Assembly: GCA_963840695.1 (NCBI GenBank)
Contig: CAWIZW010000012.1
Location: 154,424 to 218,423, forward strand
Reading direction: 5' to 3'
Source of the DNA: an uncultured Acidimicrobiia bacterium
Lineage (GTDB): Bacteria > Actinomycetota > Acidimicrobiia > Acidimicrobiales > JACDCH01
DNA: 64,000 nt
The notes under the pieces: model-generated
Told to the model about the DNA's origin: nothing
Seen by the model: the letters and a program-made list of their open reading frames with translations, nothing else
Database searches by the model: none
Translations under genes and position numbers: made by a program
Shown here: piece after piece, positions 41,097 to 49,960 of the stretch
Position numbering within the stretch: position 1 is the first letter of the stretch
How the letters are laid out: every line of letters starts with the position of its first letter

Positions 41097-41141
41097 GAGG
41101 ACTCGGGCTTCATGAGGACTTGGGGTTCATGCCGGACTGGG
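41091..41141 (-). repeat. Three tandem copies of a 17-bp stop/start junction (minus strand: CCCAGTCCGGCATGAAC / CCCAAGTCCTCATGAAG / CCCGAGTCCTCATGAAG)
   Basis: Each copy carries an ATGA. Together they chain the SDR-relic stop (41129-41127) to mini-ORFs MNPKSS (41130-41110) and MKPESS (41113-41093), and then to the ACAD ATG 41096. Confidence 0.7.
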
Positions 41142-41318
41142 GAAGAAGAACGGAGGGATGGCGCCGTCGGACCGGGCGAGCAGCTGGGCCCTGACCGCGT
41201 CGACGGAGTCGATCGTCCACGGCTTGTCGGAGGTCGACGCGAGCAGGAGCGCCTCGGCCCGGCCGATGCCCCGGCCGGCGCCGGTCACGATGGCGACCTT
41301 CCCGTCGAACCGCCCCAT
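41127..41318 (-). pseudogene. SDR relic: a 63-codon in-frame fusion of an SDR N-terminus and C-terminal tail
   Basis: MGRFDGKVAIVTGAGRGIGRAEALLLA is joined directly to TSDKPWTIDSVDAVRAQLLARSDGAIPP. The tail parallels that of the full-length paralog at 56731-57615 (EQGERWTVDAVAARADELFGERRRGTPP). About 230 codons of the core are missing. Confidence 0.55.
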
Positions 41319-41353
41319 GCACTCCCCCGTTTCGATGACCCTCGCCGACAAAC

Positions 41354-41369
41354 CTGACACGAGCGTCAG
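41354..41369. promoter_or_regulatory. Palindromic operator-like site 10 (CTGACAcgagCGTCAG)
   Basis: The flanks are AAAC and GT. It lies in a divergent gap and is followed by TAAGGT (41375-41380), then 8 nt, then ATG 41389. Over AACCTGACACGAGCGTCAGG it is identical to site 12. Confidence 0.65.
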
Positions 41370-41388
41370 GTGCGTAAGGTAGCCCGAC

Positions 41389-42279
41389 ATGCCCGACGAC
41401 GCGACGTCTTCGGCGGGGGCCCCACCCCTGCGCCCAAGCCTTCGGCGGGGGCCCCCACCCCTGCGCCGATCCGCACCGAGGTCGACGACCGCGGCGTCGC
41501 CACGATCACCATCGACCGGCCCGACGCCGGCAACTCCCTCACCGCCGAGATGCGCGACTCGCTGGCCGACACCTTCGACGAGCTGTCGGCGACGCTCGGG
41601 GTGCGGGCGGTCGTGCTCACCGGCGCCGGCGACCGGCACTTCTGCACCGGCGCCGGGCTCGGCGGCAGCGCAGCCGGCCGCAGCCGGCCCGGCCCGACGG
41701 CGCCCCCGACCGCGCCCTCGGCGACGTCGCCCGCATGATCCGGCGCGGCTGGCAGCGGCTGATCGCGCTCGATCCTCGACTGCGAGAAGCCGGTGATCGC
41801 CGCGGTCAACGGCACCGCGGCCGGCGGCGGCGCCAACCTCGTGCTCGCCTGCGACCTCGTCGTGATGGCCGACACCGCCCGGCTCATCGAGGTCTTCGTG
41901 CGGCGCGGCATCATCCCCGACGCCGGCGGCTGCTACCTCCTGCCCCGCATCGTCGGCCTGCCGCGGGCCAAGGAGCTGATGTTCCTCGGCGACGACGTCT
42001 CGGCGCGCCGACTGCGAGCGCTTCGGCATCGCCAACCGCGTCGTGCCGGCGGCGGACCTGCGGCCGACGGTCGACGAGCTGGCCGGCCGGCTGGCCGGCG
42101 GCCCGTCGAAGGCGGTGGCCATGACGAAGTGGCTCGTGAACCGGAGCTTCGAGTCGGGCCGCCACACCGCCTTCGAGGAGGAGGCCTACGCCCAGGAGCT
42201 GGTCGCCGCGACGGCCGACATGGCCGAGGGCATGGCCGCCTTCGCCGAGCGCCGGGACCCGTCCTTCCGCGGTTGGTGA
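41389..42279 (+). pseudogene. Enoyl-CoA hydratase/isomerase (crotonase) family protein, frameshifted
   Basis: Fragments are VATITIDRPDAGNSL, VVLTGAGDRHFCTGAGL, KPVIAAVNGTAAGGGANLVLACDLVVM and DMAEGMAAFAERRDPSFRGW. ATG 41389 comes into frame once the C-run indel in the 33-bp repeat is corrected. Confidence 0.75.
41408..41467 (+). repeat. Tandem 32/33-bp duplication inside the crotonase N-terminus
   Basis: The unit is CTTCGGCGGGGGCCCC(C)ACCCCTGCGCC, present twice at 41408-41434 and 41440-41467. Copy 1 has C4 (41420-41423) and copy 2 has C5 (41452-41456). With C5 in both copies, the repeat encodes SAGAPTPAP twice in frame. Confidence 0.75.
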
Positions 42280-42281
42280 CG

Positions 42282-42305
42282 GCGCGGCCCTCGTTCGGGC
42301 CGCGC
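42282..42305. terminator. Bidirectional terminator-like hairpin between convergent genes
   Basis: GCGCGGCCC-tcgttc-GGGCCGCGC forms a perfect 9-bp GC stem. It lies directly after the crotonase stop (42277-42279) and abuts the gluQ stop (42305-42307). Confidence 0.55.
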
Positions 42306-43201
42306 TACGGCGCCCAGACCCAGGGGTCACGCGGCAGGCGGGCCGGGTCGAAGCGCTCGACGAGGTCGGCGGCCGCCACCTGCTCGCCCGGCTCCGCCAG
42401 CCCGAGCGACGCCGCGAGGCGGCTGCGGACCTCGGCGGCGCCGACCCCGCGGGCGGCCAGGTCGGCGAGCGTGACGGCGCCGTGGCGCTTGGCGAGGCGC
42501 TGACCGTCGGGGCCGACGACGAGCGGCACGTGGGCGTAGGCCGGCGCGGGGAGGTCGAGCAGCCGAGCGAGGAGGACCTGGCGCGGCGTCGAGTCGAGCA
42601 GGTCGTCGCCGCGGACCACCTCCTCGATGCCCTGGAAGGCGTCGTCGACGACGACGGCGAGGTTGTAGGCGGGGATGCCGTCGTTGCGCCGGAGCACGAG
42701 GTCGTCGACGGCGAGGGAGATCGAGCCGGCCAGGCCGTCCTCGACGGTCACCACCTCGGCGCCGGCCCGCAGCCGGAGCGCCGGCGGCCGCCCGGTCGCC
42801 TCCCGCTCGCGCCGCTCGGCCGCGGTGAGGTCGCGGCAGGTCCCGGGATAGGCGCCGGCCGGGCCGTGGGGCGCCGCCGCCGCCTCGCGGATCTCCCGCC
42901 GCGTGCAGTAGCAGGGGTAGGTGCGGCCGTCGCCGACGAGGCGCTCGATCGCCGCCTCGTGGGCCTCACGCCGCTCGGACTGGCGCACCAACGGCGGGTC
43001 CCAGTCGAGACCGATGGCGGCGAGATCGGCGAGCTGGCCACGCTCGTGCTCGGGGCGGGCGTCGGACGGGTCGAGGTCCTCGACCCGCAGCAGGAACCGG
43101 CTGCCGGCCGCCCGGGCGAACAGCCAGGCGACGAGCGCGGTCCGCAGGTTCCCGACGTGCAGCGGCCCGGTCGGGCTCGGCGCGAACCTCCCGACGGCCA
43201 T
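42305..43201 (-). CDS. gluQ: Glutamyl-Q tRNA(Asp) synthetase
   Basis: The ORF is an intact 298 aa. It is a truncated GluRS-like catalytic domain with no anticodon-binding domain. Segments are RFAPSPTGPLHVGNLRTAL, YPCYCTRREI and LAKRHG. Confidence 0.85.
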   Translation of the reverse strand: MAVGRFAPSPTGPLHVGNLRTALVAWLFARAAGSRFLLRVEDLDPSDARPEHERGQLADLAAIGLDWDPPLVRQSERREAHEAAIERLVGDGRTYPCYCTRREIREAAAAPHGPAGAYPGTCRDLTAAERREREATGRPPALRLRAGAEVVTVEDGLAGSISLAVDDLVLRRNDGIPAYNLAVVVDDAFQGIEEVVRGDDLLDSTPRQVLLARLLDLPAPAYAHVPLVVGPDGQRLAKRHGAVTLADLAARGVGAAEVRSRLAASLGLAEPGEQVAAADLVERFDPARLPRDPWVWAP

Positions 43202-43219
43202 CCCCCGACACTACGAACC

Positions 43220-43259
43220 GGGGCTGGTCGATCTCGGCCTCCCGACATCGACCAGCCCC
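43220..43259 (-). terminator. Strong stem-loop downstream of the oxygenase gene (13-bp perfect stem)
   Basis: The arms are GGGGCTGGTCGAT and ATCGACCAGCCCC, with a 14-nt loop. It lies between the oxygenase stop (43275) and the gluQ start (43201). There is no U-tract. Confidence 0.45.
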
Positions 43260-43274
43260 CGTTCGAGGATCGGG

Positions 43275-44648
43275 TCAGGGCGTCGGGGTCGGGCACCAGT
43301 TGCCGTGGAAGCCGGCGGGGACGCGCTGCGGGAGGTGGACCCGGGCGACGGGTCCGGCGGCCACGTCCTGGGCGGCGATGACGACGAGGTCGCTCGACGC
43401 GGTCGCCGAGTCGTGCACGAGGGTGAGGAGCCAGCCGTCGTCCTCGGCGAGGGCACCGTCGCGGGGGACGAAGACGGCCTCGCCGACCGAGCTCGTCGCT
43501 CCCGGCTCCCACGCCTCGGTCGTGCCGGCGTCGAGGTCGTGCTTGTGGAGCCGCCAGCCGTCGTTGTGGAGGTCGATGGCGCTCGTGTAGCCGAAGCGGT
43601 GCTTGCGTCCGACGAGGCGCTCGTCGCAGCGGGGGAACTCCTGGGTGGCGTCGTGGAGCAGCTCCTCGCTGACCTTCCCGGCGGCGGGATCGACCGTCCA
43701 GCGCACGAGCGTGGTCGGGCCGTTGCCGGGGCCGCGGCGGTCGTCGAGATCGAAGGTCTTGTCCCACTTCACGACGTCGACGACGAGGCCGCCGTCGGGC
43801 CCTTCGCCGGGACGGAGATCAAAGGCGTTGAGCGGGTGGTACACGTAGCACTGGGGCAGCTCGCACCAGACCACCTCGTCGGGCCGGCCGCCGAGGGGGA
43901 GGACGCCGAGTCGAGCACCTTCGTCGCGCTGCCACACGTACGGGAGGCCGGACCCGGACGCGGCGAGCTCGAGGTCGAACAGGACCGGCAGGTCGAAGAG
44001 CAGCACGCGGGTCTCGGTGATGGCGGTGTCGTGCACCATCGGGCGGCGCCCCACGGGGATGGCGACCTCGTGCTGGACGCGGGCGTCGGGGCCGACGACG
44101 ACGTAGCGGACGGCTTCCTCGGGCCAGAAGTACGTCATGGCGTGCAGCAGCCCGGTCGCCGGGTCGCGCTTCGGGTGGGCGGTGAACGACGCCTCGAGCG
44201 TGCCGTCGAAGGGGTTGCGGGCGATGGTGCTCAGCTCGTCGTCGAGCTCGACGGGCCAGCCGCCGGCTTCGACGATGGCGAACGTGCGGCCGCCGATGGC
44301 GATGACGTTGGTGTTGGCCGGGAAGTCCATGCCCTCGTGGATCGGACCGCCGGGATCGGGCTCGCCGAGGGCCTCGGGCACGGACCCGGCCCGCACCCAC
44401 CGGTTGCGGTACCAGTCGGCCTTGCCGTCGCGCAGGCGGATGCCGTGCACCATGCCCTCGCCCGTGAACCAGTGGTACGTCGCGGCGTCGGCGCCCATGG
44501 GGTTCGGCCCGTTGCGCAGGTAGCGCCCATCGAGCTCGGCCGGCAGCGAGCCCGTGATCGGGAGGTCGAACGCCGTGACCTCCTTGTCGACGGGGGCGAG
44601 GTAGCCGGTCAGGTACGGGTTCACGGTGGTGCGGTCGACGGTCGTCAT
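43275..44648 (-). CDS. Carotenoid oxygenase family protein (carotenoid/stilbene cleavage dioxygenase type)
   Basis: The ORF is an intact 457 aa. Segments are YLRNGPNP, HWFTGEGMVHGIRL, FTAHPKRDP, MVHDTAITE and YHPLNAF. ATG 44648 is preceded by TAGGGA plus 6 nt. Confidence 0.85.
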   Translation of the reverse strand: MTTVDRTTVNPYLTGYLAPVDKEVTAFDLPITGSLPAELDGRYLRNGPNPMGADAATYHWFTGEGMVHGIRLRDGKADWYRNRWVRAGSVPEALGEPDPGGPIHEGMDFPANTNVIAIGGRTFAIVEAGGWPVELDDELSTIARNPFDGTLEASFTAHPKRDPATGLLHAMTYFWPEEAVRYVVVGPDARVQHEVAIPVGRRPMVHDTAITETRVLLFDLPVLFDLELAASGSGLPYVWQRDEGARLGVLPLGGRPDEVVWCELPQCYVYHPLNAFDLRPGEGPDGGLVVDVVKWDKTFDLDDRRGPGNGPTTLVRWTVDPAAGKVSEELLHDATQEFPRCDERLVGRKHRFGYTSAIDLHNDGWRLHKHDLDAGTTEAWEPGATSSVGEAVFVPRDGALAEDDGWLLTLVHDSATASSDLVVIAAQDVAAGPVARVHLPQRVPAGFHGNWCPTPTP

Positions 44649-44679
44649 GCAGGCTCCCTACGGCGGGTCGCAGCGTTGG

Positions 44680-44705
44680 TGTACGCTGTCCATGTACGGT
44701 GTCCA
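44680..44705. promoter_or_regulatory. Two tandem 13-bp direct repeats (TGTACGCTGTCCA / TGTACGGTGTCCA) in the oxygenase / TetR-4 divergent gap
   Basis: The repeats are adjacent, with 12 of 13 positions identical. They lie between ATG 44648 (-) and TTG 44727 (+) and are a candidate TetR-4 operator. Confidence 0.45.
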
Positions 44706-44726
44706 CCTAACCACGGGAGCGCTCGT

Positions 44727-45344
44727 TTGGCAAGACCCCGGAGCAAACGAGGTTCGGGCCAGCAGCTGCGGTCCGACCTGATCGACGCGGCCAACGCCAT
44801 CCTCGACCGGACCGCCGACCCGGCCGACGTGACGGTGCGCGGCGTGGCGGCGGCGGTCGGGGTGGCGCCGAACGCGGTGTACCTGCACTTCGCCGACCGC
44901 GACACCCTCCTGACCGAGGTCGTCGTCGACCGCTTCGGCGCCTTCAAGGCCGCCCTCGCCGACGCCGTCGAGGGCGTGGACGACCCCCTCGAGCGCCTCA
45001 AGCGAGGGCACGCCGCCTACTGCGCCTTCGCCATCGAGCACCCCGGCCACTACCGGATGCTGTTCGGCAACACGGGTGTCGACCCCGCTCGCCGGGACCT
45101 GTGGAACCGCCGCCTCGAGGTCGCGTTCCCGGCGTTCGAGATCCTCGTGGAGTGCTGCCGTCGATGCATCGACGGCGGCGTGTTCGGCCCGGTCGATCCC
45201 TACGAGCTCGCCGGTGCGCTCTGGGCCTTCGAGCACGGATGGGTCGTCCTCAAGTCGGGCGGACGCGAAGGCGACGTCGTGCCGGCCGCCGGCGCCGCCC
45301 TCGACGTCCTCCTCGCCGCGCTGGGCGCGACGCGAGCGGGCTAG
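44727..45344 (+). CDS. TetR/AcrR family transcriptional regulator (TetR-4)
   Basis: The frame is intact. With the TTG start it reads (M)ARPRSKRGSGQQLRSDLIDAANAIL. The HTH is VTVRGVAAAVGVAPNAVYLHFADRDTL. Confidence 0.8.
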   Translation: MARPRSKRGSGQQLRSDLIDAANAILDRTADPADVTVRGVAAAVGVAPNAVYLHFADRDTLLTEVVVDRFGAFKAALADAVEGVDDPLERLKRGHAAYCAFAIEHPGHYRMLFGNTGVDPARRDLWNRRLEVAFPAFEILVECCRRCIDGGVFGPVDPYELAGALWAFEHGWVVLKSGGREGDVVPAAGAALDVLLAALGATRAG

Positions 45345-46572
45345 CGGGTCAGCAGGAGGCAGCCGGCGAGGGGGCCGCCGCCGGCGCCCACCACGGCGAC
45401 CTCGGGCTCGCGGCCGCCGGGCCGCACGACCTGGCGGTCGCCGCCGGCGCCCCGCAGCTGCACGACGGCCTCGTGCAGGAAGCCGTAGCCGTGCAGGCGC
45501 CCGGCCGACAGCTGGCCGCCGTGGGTGTTCAGCGGCAGCTCGCCGTCGAGGGCGATGCGCGTGCCGCCCTCGACGAACGGGCCGCCCTCGCCCTTGCCGC
45601 AGAAGCCGAGCGCCTCGAGCCAGCAGAGCGTGATGAAGCAGAACCCGTCGTAGAGCTCGGCGACGTCGACGTCGGCCGGCGTGAGGTCGGTGGCCGCGAA
45701 CAGCTGGGCCGATGCGTCGCGCAGCGCCATCGTCGTGAGGTCGTCCCACTGGTCCCACGACGGGCGCCCGTGGATGGCGGTGCCGACGGCGTCGATCCGC
45801 ACCGGCGGGTGCGGCGAGGTCCGCCACCGTGTCGGCCGCCGAGACGATGACCGCGGTCGACCCGTCGCACGGCGCGTCGCAGTCGAAGAGGCAGAGCGGC
45901 TCGGAGACCATCCGGGCGGCGAGGTAGTCGTCGAGGGTCATCGGGTCGCGGTAGACGCCCTTCGGGTTGCGGGCGGCGTTGCGCCCTGCCGTTGAGGGCG
46001 ATGCCGGCCAGCTGCTCGCGCGTCGTGCCGAACTCGTGGAAGTGGCGCATCGCCATCATGGCGATCCAGTTCGCCGCCGACGGCGCGCCGTAGGGCAGCA
46101 CCCACTGCATGAACCCGCCCATGCGGACGCCGCGGCCGCCGCCTCCGCCACCGCCGCTCGAGGACGACCCCGGCATCACCGCGGAACGCCCGCTGTCGCC
46201 CTGGGCCGAGGCCTCGGTCACGGTGCGGAAGCACAGGACGTGCCGGGCCAGGCCGGCGGAGACGGCGAGCACGGCGTTGACGACCGAGCCGAGCTGGCCC
46301 GGCGACTCGATGCCGCCCGTGTACCAGTTGAGGTCCAGGCGCAGGGCGTCGTGGATCTCGGTCACGCCGACGCCGCCGCTGAAGCCGGGCGGCGTGTCCA
46401 TGGCGCCCGGGTAGGTGGCGACGCCGTCGATGTCGCCCGGCGTCAGACCGGCATCGGCGATGGCCTCGAGGCAGGCGTCGAGCGTGAGGTCGAGGCCGGG
46501 CCGGTACAGCCGGCGGCCGACGTCGGACTGGCCGACGCCGGAGATGACGGCGGCGAGCCGCTGGCTACCCAT
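45341..46572 (-). pseudogene. Ltp-type (non-specific lipid-transfer-protein-like) thiolase, frameshifted
   Basis: Fragments are AAVISGVGQSDVGRRL, YGAPSAANWIAMMAMRHFHEFGTTREQLAGIAL, EPLCLFDCDAPCDGSTAVIV and LNTHGGQLSAGRLHGYGFLHEAV. It contains an unusual SSSSGGGGGGG insert (about 46130-46165). Confidence 0.75.
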
Positions 46573-47069
46573 CGGCGCCGTCGCCGTCGGGTGCGAAGAA
46601 CGGGAGCCACACGTCGTCGTACTGCTCGAAGGTCACCCGCACCGGCATGCCGATGCTGACCGACGTCCGGCTCGATCGCCGACGATGCCGGCGGTGACGC
46701 GCAGGCCGGCCTGCTCGGGCAGCTCGACGATGCCGACGACGTAGGGCGGCTCGAGGCCGGGGTACCAGGGCTGGTGGTTCACCGTGTAGGTGTGCAGCGT
46801 GCCCCGGCCCGGACGTGGCCGACGGCGTCGAGGGCGCGGCCGCGGCACGACGGGCAGATCGGAGCAGGCGGGTGGACCCAGGTGCCGCAGGCGTCGCAGC
46901 GCAGGATGCGGAGCTCGCCGTGCTCGCCGCCGGTCCAGTAGTGGCGGTTGGCGTCGTCGAGCCGGGGCAGCACCCGGAACGGCTGGGCCGGCTGAGGCGG
47001 CACGGGCGGCGCCGCAGGAGTCGCCGCAGGATGCGGCTCCGCCGCCCCGGGCTCAGGTGCCTCCGTCAC
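46565..47069 (-). pseudogene. DUF35 OB-fold / zinc-ribbon protein (thiolase partner type), frameshifted
   Basis: The zinc ribbon is CDACGTWVHPPAPICPSC, followed by TLHTYTVNHQPWYPGLEPPYVVGIVEL and MPVRVTFEQ. The stop lies 4 nt after the thiolase ATG. Confidence 0.65.
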
Positions 47070-47394
47070 GAGGGGCCGCCTCGAACCCGGCTCGGGCGGC
47101 CGCCAGCGCCTGGGCGGCGGGCAGGACGCCGAAGGCCGGCGTCGTCAGCATGATCGAACCGAGGACGTCCTCCCACGTCACGCCGAGCTCGGCGGCGAGC
47201 ATGGCGTGGCGCTCGATGCCCGGCGGGTTGCGGGCGATCACCTGGCACACGAGCCGGATGAGCTCGTGGGTCCGGCGGTCGGGCGCCGCGAGCGAGTCGA
47301 TCGCCGACAGCCAGGCGCTCTGGGCGTCGTGCAGCGCCGGGAACACCTCGTGCACCGGCGCTTCCCAGGCGAAGGTCCACTCGTGCTCGTTCAC
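47053..47394 (-). CDS. Carboxymuconolactone decarboxylase (AhpD-like) family protein
   Basis: The ORF is an intact 113 aa and is helical. Its segments are PDRRTHELIRLVCQVIARNPPGIERHAMLAAELGVTWEDVLGSI. Confidence 0.55.
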   Translation of the reverse strand: MNEHEWTFAWEAPVHEVFPALHDAQSAWLSAIDSLAAPDRRTHELIRLVCQVIARNPPGIERHAMLAAELGVTWEDVLGSIMLTTPAFGVLPAAQALAAARAGFEAAPRDGGT

Positions 47395-47403
47395 CGCACC
47401 GTG

Positions 47404-47800
47404 CTAGCACGGCCGGAAGACGGGCAGCGCGAAGTCGCCGTCGTCGCGGAAGGTCACCTCGAGCGCCATCCCGATGGCGACCGCCTCGGGCTCGCAGTCG
47501 ACGACGTTCGTCAGCATCCGCGGTCCCTCGCCAGGTCGACGACGGCGGCGACGTACGGCACCCGCTCGTTGAACGGCGGCAGGTCGTTCCGGCGGACGAT
47601 CGAGTACGTGTAGAGCGTCGCCGCGCCGGAGGCCTCCTCCCACTCGACGTCCTCGCTCCAGCAGTGCGGGCAGAACGGCCGGGGGTAGCATGGGGCCGCC
47701 CGCAGGCGCGACAGCGCTTGATCAGCAGCTTGCCCTCCTTCGCCGCATCCCAGTAGGGCTGGGTCTCGGCGTCGGGCGTCGGCAGGTGGGCCGAGCTCAT
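47404..47800 (-). pseudogene. DUF35 OB-fold / zinc-ribbon protein (second copy), frameshifted
   Basis: Fragments are PYWDAAKEGKLLIKRCRACG, then CYPRPFCPHCWSEDVEWEEASGAATLYTYSIV, then VAIGMALEVTFRDDGDFALPVFRPC. Confidence 0.65.
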
Positions 47801-48935
47801 CGGGGCCCTGCTCGTCGAGGTCGCTGGGCAGGCCGAGCAGCCGCTCGGCGATGACGTTGCGCTGGATCTCGCTCGTGCCGCCGGCGATCGAGAGGCAGCG
47901 GTTGGCGAGGAAGCCGTAGAGCCAGCCGGCGGCGTCGCCGTCGTCGGCGACTGCGGCCCGGCCGAGCGAAGCCGAGGCCGACCTCCTGCGTGCGCTGGTC
48001 GTGCTCGACGCCGAGGAGCTTGCGCACGCTCGCCTCCGGGCCCGGGCCGGCAGCGGCGGCTCGGCGAGGGAGCGCAGCGTCATGCGGAGCGCCGAGGACG
48101 GCGAGGGCCTGGGCCGTCGGCGAGCAGCCCGCCGACGTGGTCGACGTCGACCGGATCGGCGGCGCCGAGGTCGGCCCAGGAGCGCCGAGGACGAGCTCGA
48201 CGCCGAGGCCGAACGACGAGCCGCGAGCCCATCGACACCCGCTCGTTGGCGAGCGTCGTGCGCGCGGCCGCCCACCCGCCGCCGACGGCGCCGACGACGG
48301 CGTCGTCGGGCACGAACACGTCGGTGAGGAACACCTCGTTGAACATCGCCTGCCCGGTGAGCTCGCGCAGCGGCCGGATGCTCGATGCCGTCGGCCGCCA
48401 TGTCGACGACGAAGGCGGTGATGCCGTCGTGTCGGGGCACGTCGGGTCGGTGCGGGCGAGGCAGAGGCCGCAGGTCGGCGTCGGCGGCCATCGACGTCCA
48501 CACCTTCTGGCCGGTGAGGAGCCAGCCGCCGTCGACCTTCGACCGCCTTGGTCGCCAGCGACGCCAGGTCGCTGCCGGCGCCGGGCTCGCTGAACAGCTG
48601 GCACCACGACAGCTCGCCCCGCAGCGTCGGGCCGACTACCGGTCCTGCTGCTCGGCGCGTGCCGTGGGCGATGAGCGTCGGGCAGCACCCACGCGCCCGA
48701 CCTGCGAGGTGGGGACGGCGGACGTGACGCGGCCGCCAGCTCCTCGTCGATCACGAGCTGCTCGAGCGGCGACGGCGTCGCGGCCCCACGGCGCGGGCCA
48801 GTGCGGGGCGATCCAGCCGCCGTCGGCGAGCAGCGCGCCGCCACTCGGACTTCGTCGTGCGCGGCGAGCTCGTCGACGCACGGCGCGGATCGGCCGCGCG
48901 GCCGGCGTCGGCCTCCGGCGGGCAGCTCGACGGTC
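47797..48935 (-). pseudogene. Acyl-CoA dehydrogenase, heavily frameshifted (boundaries approximate)
   Basis: Fragments are LLADGGWIAPHWPAPWGRDA, PLEQLVIDEEL, GQKVWTSMAADADL, HDGITAFVVDMAADGIE, IRPLRELTGQAMFNEVFLTDVFVPDDAVVG and SIAGGTSEIQRNVIAERLLGLP. No clean start codon is visible. Confidence 0.6.
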
Positions 48936-49945
48936 GATGGGCCGGCGCGCGCCGGCCGCGGCCAGCTCGGCGACGCGCCGCTCGCCAGCGGTGCGGCAGG
49001 GCCGACGAGGGCGCGCGGTCGCGAGCGCCCGCTTCAGGTACAGGTGGACGTCGTGCTCCCAGGTGAACCCGATGCCGCCGAGCACCTGCACGCAGTCCTT
49101 CGCCGCCGGCGAGGAAGGCCTCGGGCGCGAGGGCGGCGGCGACGGCGGTGGCGAGGCCGCCCTCGTCGCCGTCGACGTCGGCGCGCGCAGCGCGTCCCAG
49201 GTCGCGGCCCGGGCCAGCTCGAGCGGTGCAGAGCATGTCGGCGCACCGGTGCTTGACCGCCTGGAACTGCCCGATCGGCTGGCCGAACTGCTCGCGCACG
49301 CGCGGCGTACGCGGCCGCCGTCTCGACGCACCACGCCGCGCCGCCGATGGCCTCGGCGCACCACAGCCGCACGGCGATCGACGTCGACCAGATCGTCGGG
49401 GTCGTCGAGGAGCGCAACGGCGGGAACGTGGTCGACGACGACGTCGGCGACCGGGCGGGTCTCGTCGGTCGACGGGCGGTCGCGTGCGCCTCGAACGCCA
49501 TCGACGACCGCCCACCGAGCGGCGCTGACGGGCAGGAGCAGCCAGTCGGCGCCGACGGCGCCCGGGACGGCTTCGATGCGGCCGGACACGGTGCCGCCGG
49601 CGTCGGCATCGAGCGGCGCGACGTCCCACGCCAGCGCCGCCCGCCCTTCGGGGACCTCGCCACCGAGGCGTTGCACCGCGGTGACGGCCGCGGCCGTTGG
49701 CAGGAACGACCCCGGCGCGCAGGCCGCGACCGAGCTCCTCGAGCACGACGCCGAGCTCGGGGAGCCCGAAGTCGGTGCCGAGCGTGGGCCAGTCGGCGGG
49801 CACGGCCGGCTCACGGGCCCGGACGCCGCCGTCGAGCCAGGCGCGCGGCACCTCGCGCGGCACGTTGCTCTCGACCCAGCGCCGCGCCGAGTCGTGCAGC
49901 GCGGCGTGCTCGTCGCTGATCCCGAGGCGTCCGACCTTCACCAGC
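48936..49945 (-). pseudogene. Acyl-CoA dehydrogenase-like partner protein, heavily frameshifted (3' boundary approximate)
   Basis: Fragments are VKVGRLGISDEHAALHDSARRWVES, SGRIEAVPGAVGADWLLLPV, REQFGQPIGQFQAVKHRCADM and VLGGIGFTWEHDVHLYLKRALA. Confidence 0.6.
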
Positions 49946-49960
49946 CGCCTCGCCGGCGGG

